Assembly: GCA_951406725.2 (NCBI GenBank)
Contig: OX597829.1
Coordinates: 56,668,001-56,732,000 of the forward strand
Source of the DNA: Octopus vulgaris
Taxonomy: Eukaryota
Reading direction: 5' to 3'
DNA: 64,000 bases
Part shown: in pieces, positions 12,931 to 23,600 of the stretch
Layout: every line of letters starts with the position of its first letter
Position numbering within the stretch: position 1 is the stretch's first letter
Notes under the pieces: model-generated
Told to the model about the DNA's origin: nothing
Databases searched by the model: none
The model's input: only the letters and a program-made list of their open reading frames with translations
Program-made: the position numbers and the translations under genes

Positions 12931-13475
12931 GTGAGAGGGCAGTGCATGCCATTAAAGTGATACTGGGGTAAAATATACGAAGCCCAGTATACCCATCATG
13001 ACTACCCGCCTGATAAGGGTACACCAGGCACATGCATCACAACCATATGTGCGCGACATGGTGATCTTATATCAAGATAAACAGCACATGACCTTGCAGG
13101 TGGGACCCAGTTAGAATTTTCTTCTGGTCGAGTAACCCATCTCGCTCAAAAGGTCCCTGAATAAAGATGTTGAACGAAACACCCATGTTTCCAGAGGTGA
13201 ATTATTCAAACCCCAAAGAATCCCTCTCAACACATGGCTATGATGTTCCCCCACTACTTCTGCTCATGATCAGAGATGCACATATCGTCAGCCACTAAGG
13301 GACATGCTCAACTGGTTAAGGTCAAACAACTGACAAGCAAATCTGTGGTATTGAGCAGAATATTTGCTGTAAAACCCATCTTTTATGCCCGGACAAAACA
13401 ATGTACATGATAACACTTCCAATCAGTTAAGATCAGAAGCCACGAGAGCCACTGCCAGGTACTGAATCAGGGCAT
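12931..13475 (-). mobile_element. Unclassified retroposon-like insert flanked by (ATT)n
   Basis: About 545 bp GC-richer block bounded on both sides by ATT repeats. Confidence 0.5.
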
Positions 13476-13487
13476 TATCATTATTAT

Positions 13488-13524
<37 letters not shown>

Positions 13525-13529
13525 ATATA

Positions 13530-14165
13530 TTGGGCATAAGAGGAATCAAATGCCGCATACAACAGAAAAGACTATGTTGGCTTGGGCATGTAATGCGTAT
13601 GAATGAAGACAACTGCATAAAGAATGCCGATAACTGAAAGTGAATGGTACCCGCAGAAGAGGAAGACATGGGCTGAGGTGGTAAAGACCGATCTCAGGAT
13701 GTTAGGCCACACGGACGAAATGACAGTGGACCGAGATGTTTGGCGGGTAATCTTGTACCTCTACAGCAAGACGCCCGTTCAGTGTATCTGTCTCACTATA
13801 ACTTTTCATCATCTGACACAAGGTCACCTCCTCCAACGCCCCCTCCCCTCTCAAAGGATCTTTGTCTTGCAAGTTACTTGGTGACCCTACAAGTGCTGGT
13901 GCCACGTAAAAAGCATCCGGTCCACACTGTAAAGTGGTTGGCATTTGGAAGGGCAACCAGCTGTAAAAACTTTGCCAAAACTGACCTTGCCTGTGTTAGT
14001 GCCACGTAATAAGCACTTAGTTCGCTCTGCAGAATGGTTAATGTTAGGAAGGGCATCCAGCCGTAAAAACCCTGCCAAAACAGACAAGTGCAGGCTCCTG
14101 CCATGCCAACTACTGTCAAACCGTCCAACCCATGCCAGCATGGAAAGCAAACGTTAAATGACATG
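13530..14165 (+). mobile_element. RTE LINE 3' end plus RTE-tail non-autonomous repeat
   Basis: WLGHVMRMNEDNCIK...RKTWAEVVKTDLR followed by GTGCCACGTAAAAGCA modules and CCCATGCCAGCATGGAAAG tail. Confidence 0.75.
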
Positions 14166-14319
14166 TGTGTGTGTATGTATGCCTGTGTGTATATATATAT
14201 ATATATATATATACAGAGAGAGAGAGAGAATATATATGGAAATTCTCCCTATATTTTTGAATTACGAGTACTTGATTTAAAATATAAATATACATCTTTA
14301 TCATCTTAATCAAAAGCCA

Positions 14320-14970
14320 GAAAAACAGATGGAGAGACTATCTCTTTGTAGACGAAGATCAGTTGCAATAGGAAGAGATGAATATCATAAGAATGGAAAA
14401 ACAAACAACAAATGGGTTGTACCTTATAATGAAACTCTTTTGAGAGTATTCAAATGCCACTGCAACGTTGAAATCGTTGCCTCAGCGAGTTCAGTTAAGT
14501 ACATCATTAAGTACACGTTGAAAGGAAATGATCAAGCTGCTGTTCAAATAAACTATGATAATGAAACTAGTCAATATATAATGGGTAGGTATATTGGATG
14601 ATCCGAAGTAGTTGCATCCATTTTAAGATTTTCAATTCAGCAATAGTGAGACTGCATGTTCATCTACCAGATGAACAAAGAATGTTGCTCAGAAATAATG
14701 AGGATATATATGACTGTCAATGAACGTCGTATGAGAACAACATTGACAGAATTCTTTTCATTGTGCATCAATGATGACTTTGCAACAACTTGACTTTATG
14801 CTGAAGTACCCATGTATTTCACTTCGAACAGTAGGAACAAAGAATGGCAAAGAAGAAAGCGAGGAAAAAATTCGAACGGCATTTGAATGCTTTCAAAGAA
14901 ACACTTGGCCGTTGTCACACCAAAGGCAAGAGAACTGTATTATTTAAGAATTTTATTGCATGAAGTTCGA
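14320..14970 (+). mobile_element. Helitron Rep/helicase pseudogene fragment
   Basis: NKWVVPYNETLLRVFKCHCNVEIVASASSVKYIIKYTLKGND, LHVHLPDEQ, TTLTEFF, LYAEVP and ELYYLRILL are Helitron Rep/helicase motifs; contains stops and frameshifts. Confidence 0.9.
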
Positions 14971-15045
14971 AATAGTATCTTTTCCTTTCTCGCCGCTCAT
15001 CGACATTTTCAATTTGGCGTGTTTGTAACCCAACGGATCACGGCG

Positions 15046-15047
<2 letters not shown>

Positions 15048-15114
<67 letters not shown>

Positions 15115-15192
15115 ATACATACATACATACATACATACATACATACATACATACATACATACATACATACATACACACATATATATACATAT
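15048..15192. repeat. (TA)n(CATA)n compound microsatellite
   Basis: Directly visible. Confidence 0.95.
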
Positions 15193-15385
15193 ATACGACA
15201 GGCTTCTTTCAGTTTCCGTCCACCATATCCACTCACAAGGCTTTGGTTGGTCCGAAGCTTTAATAGATGGCATAATAGAAGTTATGATAGAAGAAACTTA
15301 CCTAAAGTACCGCACAGTGGAACTGAACCCGAATCCATATGGTTACAAAGCGAGCTTCTTAACCACGCAAGCATACCAGCGCCTG
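15193..15385 (-). mobile_element. SINE family A, 5' half
   Basis: Similarity to other copies. Confidence 0.75.
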
Positions 15386-15419
15386 AACGAACTTGCATAT
15401 ATCACTAATCCTTTGTATA

Positions 15420-16420
15420 AGTTTGCCTGGCTCTACAGGAAGGAGTAACGCTTGATGACTTTTGCATGGCCGTTCTATATCGGTGAGGCTGATGCCATTT
15501 ATGCTCGTCATAAACACTTGTAAGAAGAAAATTCTAGCAGGTCGAGAATGTCTGGTTGGAAGCGGCTTGAGCCGAGCCATCTTCGAAAAACAGAGGCCAT
15601 TTTAATAGTTGTAGAAAAGACAGTAACTGTAAATCAGAAAACTGGAGCATGTCCGTGACTATGCCAATCTGTCAGGTAACTCCCTTTTCAAGATGCGGTG
15701 TAAAATGTCCAAGAATGCATAAACCAGCACATACCCAGGTGTGTGAGTCATACTCCATCGTAGGCTTCACCTGAGCTTTATAGTGTCAATAATTGTTGGC
15801 ATAGGCGGGATCAAGTCTCTTTTAGTCTTGAAGAGAAGAACCAGTATTTAAGATACAGTCTTTGACATGTTAAGGTTGTATTTTCGTCAGGAGAATCCTT
15901 AGTAGTAATGAGGTCTAACATTACATTAGAGACGATTGTAAGGGCTCTGGATCAATGGTGTTATATTTTTCTTTTGTATAAGTAGCGTTTGTGTTGTTTT
16001 ATTTGTTGTTTTTTTTATGAAAGCGACAAGATTAGCATATGTCCATTGGAGGATACTTTCTGTGCCTGTTGAGCAAGTATTCATAGCGTGATCATCGTCT
16101 GAAGTACTTGTCCATATTGTTGGCGAATCAAATGGCAATTTCATAAGCCCAAAGCAGTTTCATTATTCTACTAATATATTACATAAGGCCATGTAGCATG
16201 ATCTAATGATCTTACAAAGAACATTCTTCCAGAGATCATTGAGGGAAAGGAAAGAAGTAAAGACGGAGATAAAATAAAGATGAACAGACCATATCAAGGA
16301 ATGGACAAGAACATGATTAGCGGGGATCCCAGACCTGATACAAACGCGACAGATGGTGAAAGATGGTGCGTAATATGTCACGACCGTGTTCCTACGTTCC
16401 ATCGGAAACTGATGATCCAA
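15420..16420 (-). mobile_element. Highly degraded CR1/Jockey-like RT remnant
   Basis: SGIP..VL and SDD/..DD-like remnants and an AYDGV/W-like thumb region on the minus strand. Confidence 0.4.
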
Positions 16421-16924
16421 GACAAGATATAGAACATTAGAATTGAGTTTCTTTAGAGAGCACACTTTTTGTCAAACTATATACTGTCGTTTCAAAAGAA
16501 TTAAATTCAGCATTAGTGACTGAGAGATAAGTCAACAGATCTTGCTCTCACTGTGAAATTATTCAATACGCGTAGAGAGCATTCTTCTCTGAGGAATCGT
16601 AACCTGACGCACGAAGGATAAACTTCAAGATCGCATTGATGGTACATATATCAGGTTCCTCCGTAAGACTCAAAACACGTTATATTTTCGAGACTTCCAC
16701 ATCCTAATAATAGCTGAAGCTCACTTAACTGCACTGGCGTTATTGACAGATCTACCCAAACCTAATGGGGAACAGAGATTCCCGATGCAGCGTTGTGGGA
16801 CGCAACTCGGTCATACCTGGGTAGCAGCTTGAAGATTAAATCATCATTGTTGATGGGACGTCATTGTCCCGCATACTCCATCATTCTCAAATTCAAATAG
16901 ATACTCTAAGCACACTTTACTTAG

Positions 16925-16989
16925 CTCTCTCTCTCTCCCTCTCTGTCTGTCTGTTTCTCTCTCTCTCTCTCTCTCTGTCCGCCTGTCTG

Positions 16990-17045
<56 letters not shown>
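16925..17045. repeat. (CT)n/(CTGT)n microsatellite
   Basis: Directly visible. Confidence 0.9.
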
Positions 17046-17047
<2 letters not shown>

Positions 17048-20000
17048 CTTTGCATATTTATGTATGTATGTACATACATATATATCATAAACTAACTGTT
17101 ACTTTCTCAGATGCAGCACGGAATTTTGTCAGTGAACAGGTCGTGGTCTCAAAGCGACGAAAATATTTTGACAAATTAAATTTATATGTTGAAGTTAATC
17201 TAACGGTTTTTGTGTGTTTCTAAAATGGCTTACAAACACCTTCCACGCTGCAAATGTTTATAATATAATTATTTTCTGGATAAGAAAAAAAAAATTACCA
17301 CAGAAACAAATACTAAGAAAAAGAAAGTGAGTTGAAGAGAACGTAGATGAAAAGGGTTAAAAATCGAGAAAGAATCGTCAAAATATGACATATTGGATGC
17401 CTACTTTTCGTTCCCCTAGCACCCAACGTCAGCTGTGCCAGAGATGGAACTCTTGGAAAACTTTCTAGTACCTGTTTTCCACCTAGTGGGCCTATGACAA
17501 CATCCCGGCTGCTGTGACTGCATGGGTAATAGAAATGGAACCCCCTAGAAGACATGATCAATTCATTAGACTATCGTCTTGATGAAGATGAGAAAAAAAA
17601 AACTATGCGCGATCGTTGACACATATATGGAATACCCAACAGACCGACACCTGATTTCATAAGTGCTCCCCTTAAGTCAGGCCTGGGTCAGACAAACCTT
17701 TTAATAAATTTAACAGTTTCCATAAAAGATGAAGCTGAACATAATTTCAGTGCAACTTAGAACAAGAAACAAATTAATAGTCATTGTGAAATGATGAACA
17801 CTGGTTGGTTTATTTGCGATGGTCAAATACTTTGCTTTGGAAGTTGTATTACACTTAATTCTTTAATTACGTTCGCTTCAATACTACATGAGTATAAATA
17901 TTAACATGAATTTAAATGAATTTATAATACTACAATATAATGTAAAACATACGCATTTTCTCAGACAAAGTCTCAAAGTCGGGGTCGATAAGTAAAGTAC
18001 CAGTTGCGTACTGGGTCGACCTAATCAACTGGCCCCCTCCCCCAAAAAATTTCAGGCTCTGTGCCTAGAGTAGAAAAGAATATCGCATTTGGTCAGCGAT
18101 AATACAAAGAAAAACAAAAGGAAAGAAAGAAAAGATGGTTTATGCCGGGTTTGTATAGGTTCGCAATGTCTCTAATATTACATGTAGTATAAAGACTAGT
18201 AGTGGTCGTTGACATCCTGTCAAGGTAACCAGATACACAAATTGAGACTTATCTATACGAAGTGATCTTTCGTCAGAAGTTCACAAAGTAAAATTGAAGC
18301 ATTACTCCCTCATACATATATAGAAATAATTTTTAGAGTATTTGTTGAATGTAAAGCTGTAAAAAGTGTGTGGTGGTGATGGTGATGGTGGGATTACGTA
18401 TATTATGCGGATAGTTTATGTGTAGATGGAGGGAAGTGAGTTGGTTAAATGTTAAGTTTAGTCGTTAGAAAGACATTTTTGGTTTGAAATGCTTTAGTGT
18501 TTTTAAGATTTTGTGCTTGAATGAAGAAATTGGGCCAGACTTTCGGTTAAGGATTTGGTCCTTGATTGTCTCTTCATGCAACATAAAATCTTAAAAATAC
18601 CAAAACGTTTAAAGACAATATTTTTTTTATTACGGCTAAAAATGTTAATATCTCACCAACTCCTCTAGAAATTATCTAAAAGTTTCCCTGTCTCCAATAT
18701 AAGGACACAAGCTTTATTATTACTATTTTTCAGCTCGCCAAACCCCAGTACGCGCCTGCAAATATACTGTTCGTTGTTTTCTATGTATCGGAACTAGGTT
18801 CCATCTTGGCCCAGATGACTGGAGCAATGTCTGTCACTGAGAAGGCAAGATTTCGCCGAAACGCCCTGTCAAGTGAACCATTGGCGTCACCTTCTATTTG
18901 ATTCCACTTGATTTTTTATTACATGCAAAGTCTGGAGATAGAGATTCTTTCTTCGAGATAGGAAGCCGCAGGAGATGTCTTTCACGTCTGCCCTTTGTGA
19001 TTTTCAGACAAACGTTCGCCGCACATACGAATGGTGCAACTTGTTGCTGCAACAAGTTACCCGAAATCTACATAATTTTAATCGAACATTAGGTACAACT
19101 AAAGCATTCTAAAATACCACTCTCCCTAATCAATTCAAATATACAAGCAAAAAACGAATGCCAAAGCGAACATAAACTATTAAACTACATAGATCAAAGC
19201 AGTTACTGATATAAAGGGATTCATAATTATCCAACAAATGAACTGATTCAAACTATTATTTACTCTATCATAAAGGAAAACCCCAATTCGCCTTTAGCAT
19301 TTTCTCTTGTTTACAAGCTCTACTGAGGTTTTGTCGCATGCCATATTGTTCCTCGAAGTTTATGTTGATAAAGCCTGAAGGTGAAGTATCTCAGTTGTAC
19401 AATAACCTGCACTGGAAAGCATACCACTAGTAAAAGTAGAGAAACAATATGTAATCAGGTCCAATTCATATTGTCTGCTTTCGTTGTGAGCCCCCGAAAA
19501 CTTGGGGAGCCTATATTCGGCAACTCGACCCACTAAAAAAGCATTCAAATTCCCCTAAAGCCAAACCCTATCATTTTCAAAAGGTCTCTAGATTTAAATA
19601 TATATATAATAAAAAAAAACAAAAAAACTCAGCCAACCCTTTTTAATTGGCACCCTCATACTATAAACTATGTCGGATTACAAATGATGGTCTTCCACTA
19701 GGTAGAGGTACGTTACATGGCACTTAATCGTTGAGGAAGTGACTAGGAGGTCGCTAAACCAACTAGAAATAACAATCAAAACATTATCATATCTCAACCA
19801 ATAGCCGAAGGACTGATTGGATGATATGGTCCTACATATACCAATGGTAACGATAATGCAGTAATGAATCAAGGCTGCCCTCGCTAACTCTATTCCCGGA
19901 CCGACCGTGATTGCGCACCAACAACAAATGCCACAACCAACACACAGCGGCCTAAAAACATATGATTTATATCAACCGGTGAATCTTTCATGTGTCGTCT

Positions 20001-20171
20001 TATCTTATAAGTGATCATACATTCTTTTGCAATGTTTCGTTTCTAAGTATTTACCAACTATGTCATTGTTGATCAACTTTGAGCCAGCTCTATTATCTAT
20101 GGACAATTATTTTATTTATGTGAATAAATCTCCCTTTTATTTATACATAAACATAACCAAATCTTTCGGAA

Positions 20172-20480
20172 TGTTCTTGCTCTCCCTCTTCCTTTTTTTC
20201 ATTTATTTATTATTCCTCCCTCACTCTCTTCTTCTACTTTTTCTTCTGTCTTCTCTCTTCTTTTTCTTCTTTTCATTTATTTATTATTGCTACCTCCCTC
20301 CCTCTCTTCTTCTTTTTATCTCTTCTTCTTTTTATTTATTTATTATTCCTCCCTCTCTTCTTTTTATTTATTTATTATTGCTCCCTCCGTCCTCCCTCTC
20401 TTCTTCTTCTCTCTCTCTCTCTTCTCTCTCTCTCTTCTTGTTCTTCTTCTTCTCCTTCTCCTTCTTCTTCTTCCTCTATC
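20172..20480 (+). repeat. About 300-nt polypyrimidine low-complexity tract upstream of the CDAN1 ATG
   Basis: CT/CTT/TTTA repeats. Confidence 0.85.
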
Positions 20481-20517
20481 AGTGTCAGTTGTGGCGCTTT
20501 TATTTCAGGAATGAGAA

Positions 20518-20601
20518 ATGGCCGCTGTGCTCGATGCTCTTCTCGACGGCGAATGTGTCCCGTTGCAAGTTATCCAATGGATGAAAATGGAAACGCATCA
20601 G
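20518..20601 (+). CDS. CDAN1: Codanin-1 coding exon 1
   Basis: MAAVLDALLDGECVPLQVIQWMKMETHQ (human [21 protein letters not shown]); GT donor at 20602, phase 0. Confidence 0.88.
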
Positions 20602-23600
20602 GTATCGATCGTCCCGTACTCCTACCACTAATTACTTCACCTCCTCATCTATAATTACGCCTCTCTCTCCCTCACTTCTTCCATCTTCTTTCTCTACCAG
20701 ACTTTCAAATGCTTTCATTTATGCTTCATCTCAATCCTTAACGGTTTATTTCTCTCTTCTCTCTTCTCTCAATATATATTTTATATTAAAACGGTTATTA
20801 AAATTCTCTTTAATTTAAATACACTTCCTTCTCAACTTCATGCTGTAATCGTATTATAGCCTTTATTATCGATTCATTCTGCCAAGTTTCCAACGATAAT
20901 CGATTTATTATTAATTCTAAGTTTGTTGCTGAAACTGACAATGTTTATGAAATTAAACCGGCGATCCATTGCATGTTTACATTTGAACAAATCCAAACAT
21001 GCCAACCACGACTCTATTGACATTAACAATCACACGTTTTCCCTCGGAGAGAAAAGTTTAATTTTTAAATTGCAGAAATAATTATAAATGATTCGGTAAT
21101 ATTTATATTTTTAAAAAAATTAAAGACTGTTTTGCGATGAGAATTTGTTTTATTAACGGTTAAGAGTTTCGTAAATATTCAGCATTTTACAGACAAAAAC
21201 AAGACAAGATGAACTTAGAAAATGTCAATTACCAAAGACTACACATTACGATGTATTTTTAAACTTTTTTGTTTTTCATTTGAAATATTTAAAAACTTGG
21301 CGAAAGTAAAGAATACGTACACCCGGTGTTTAGGATTGTTAACACCGAAAACGGGTGGCCTACCTATTCTTTACCTTCGCGTAAAACTCAACATGTGATA
21401 TTGGTAAAAAAAAGACATAAATACGGACTGGAAGGAAGGAAGAAGGAAAAGTCTTAAAAATATTACATTCTCAACATGCTTTATAAACAAGTTTATTGTC
21501 GAGTGAATGATTTTTAAATAAGATAGACCTGAACAACTTTTCTCGCTTGTGTGTGTATGTGTAATATGTGTATAAGGGCCTGAGTGTAGGGAGGGCACTT
21601 TGCACCCCTACTTACCTTTCCCAGGCTTAGAAAATATGAACAAGGAACTTGAATAAATAAAAGGAACCCTCCCTGCCACAATCCCTAGAAAATATGAACA
21701 AGGAACTTAATAAATAAAAGGACCCACACACACACAATCCCTAGAAAGATATATTACTGAACTAAAGCATCCTCAACATAAGAAAATTATATATATATAC
21801 TAGAACAATTCTCTAGCTCTTACTCCACGGTCAGGTCACTCAAATTCTCAGAATGACACAAGAAACCCATCATCGTCCTATTCTACTACTATTCCAATTA
21901 GTGAAGAATCGCCCCCCCCCACACCACCACTGTCCACCTCAATCTGAATGTATACACAATTCGTACAAGCAAAACCAGCCAATGCCAAACCACACATCTT
22001 ACATCACCACTAAATACTAAATCTCACTTAACAACATCTGCACATGTAACCTGGACTCCTAAAATCTGTTGCTATTCTCAACACAAAAGATTATGCCTGA
22101 TGTATGACTGTCCCTTCACTCATCTTCCAGGGACTTGGTGCACTAGTAAAAGCATGTCACCAAACCACTACCAAATCCACAGTGGAAACATCCCTTGCAG
22201 TGGCAGTGTTGGCCCAGACTGTCATCAAAACCCAGAAGTAACCCAGATATCTACAGGGTACAGTAATAAATCCAACAGCTGTAGACCATATAACTACAAC
22301 TATATTTTACAGTGCAAATATACCAACTCCAGACAACAACCCCTCCCAAAGAAAGATAATTCTTTTTTTAGCCTTGATGAATCTGGCAAAATAAATTTAA
22401 AAAAACAACTTGTAGCTCTCATACAGTACCAACCACTGCTATTACTCCAGTGCACAACTACACCATTGCTGTCATTAACCTACATACTCAACTCAATAAC
22501 AATGCTAAATGTACAAGGTCTTTCACACTTCACAAATTGAACAAAAGTATCATATCATAGAGAACTCGCACAGCGAGAAGAGACAGTAGCACTTAGTGGA
22601 ACACACCTGACCCAGGCATATTGAATGTGGAGGTGGGACAGTTTGACAGGAGCTGACCAGGCAGAAGACTGCACCAGGCTCCTGTGACTGTTTTGGCAAG
22701 GTTTTTACAGCTGGATGCCCTTCCGAACACCAACCTTTTTACAGTGTGAACTGGATGCTTTTTAAGTGGCACCTGTACTGATAGGGTCACCAAGAACTTG
22801 CAACAGAAACACTTTCAAGAGGGGAGGGGACATTGGAGAAGGTGATCTTGTCAGTTGATGAAAGGTTATAGTGAGACAGAGACACAGAAACAGGTGTCTT
22901 GCTGTAGAGGTAGTACAAGGTTACCTGGCCGGAGAGAGAGAGAGAGAGACCAGGAATGAAGACAGAAACAGGTGTGCTACCGTAAAGGAAATACATGGTT
23001 ATCCAACTCGAAAGAAGTGCAGGAGAAGGAGAGAGAGTGCGGGAGACAGCAGGATAGCGCTATGGATGTACATGTGATTTGTCGAAATGCATGTAGCGAT
23101 GCATTAAATGTTTATAATTTCCATCTAAGGATTATTATCTCTGCTTTAGCAAAGGCAGAAGCATTATTTTCAGTCGTGTTTGTATGTTTGCATGTCCGTG
23201 GACAAGATATGAAACTTTCAGGGATATTCGACCTCATGACTGGTATGAACTGCTTAGATTTTGGGATCAATCCGGTACCAGACACCGATTCTGGATCATT
23301 TGTTATATTTACTTTACATGAAGTATTATGATCTTACTTTCACTTTCAAGTCTTTCTCTGATTATCTCCGTTGAAACCATTCACATAAGTTGTGGCAGTG
23401 TTGCTGTTTCTCTATTATTAATTGCACTCCTGCCTCTATCTTAGTAGAAACTGATGGATAAAGAAATCAAACTACATAAACCAAACGGCAGCAAAACCGT
23501 TTGGAAATTAAATAACACTACCATATTCAGTAACAATAATATATACTTAATTTATCCTCAACAATTTTTAGTTTTACCAATTTTGAATACATCATTTCTG

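Noticed and set aside
14887-15408. 173-aa ORF
   Set aside because: Chimera of Helitron remnant, microsatellite and SINE
20027-20584. 185-aa hydrophobic ORF
   Set aside because: Translation of the polypyrimidine tract; the true CDAN1 frame is different
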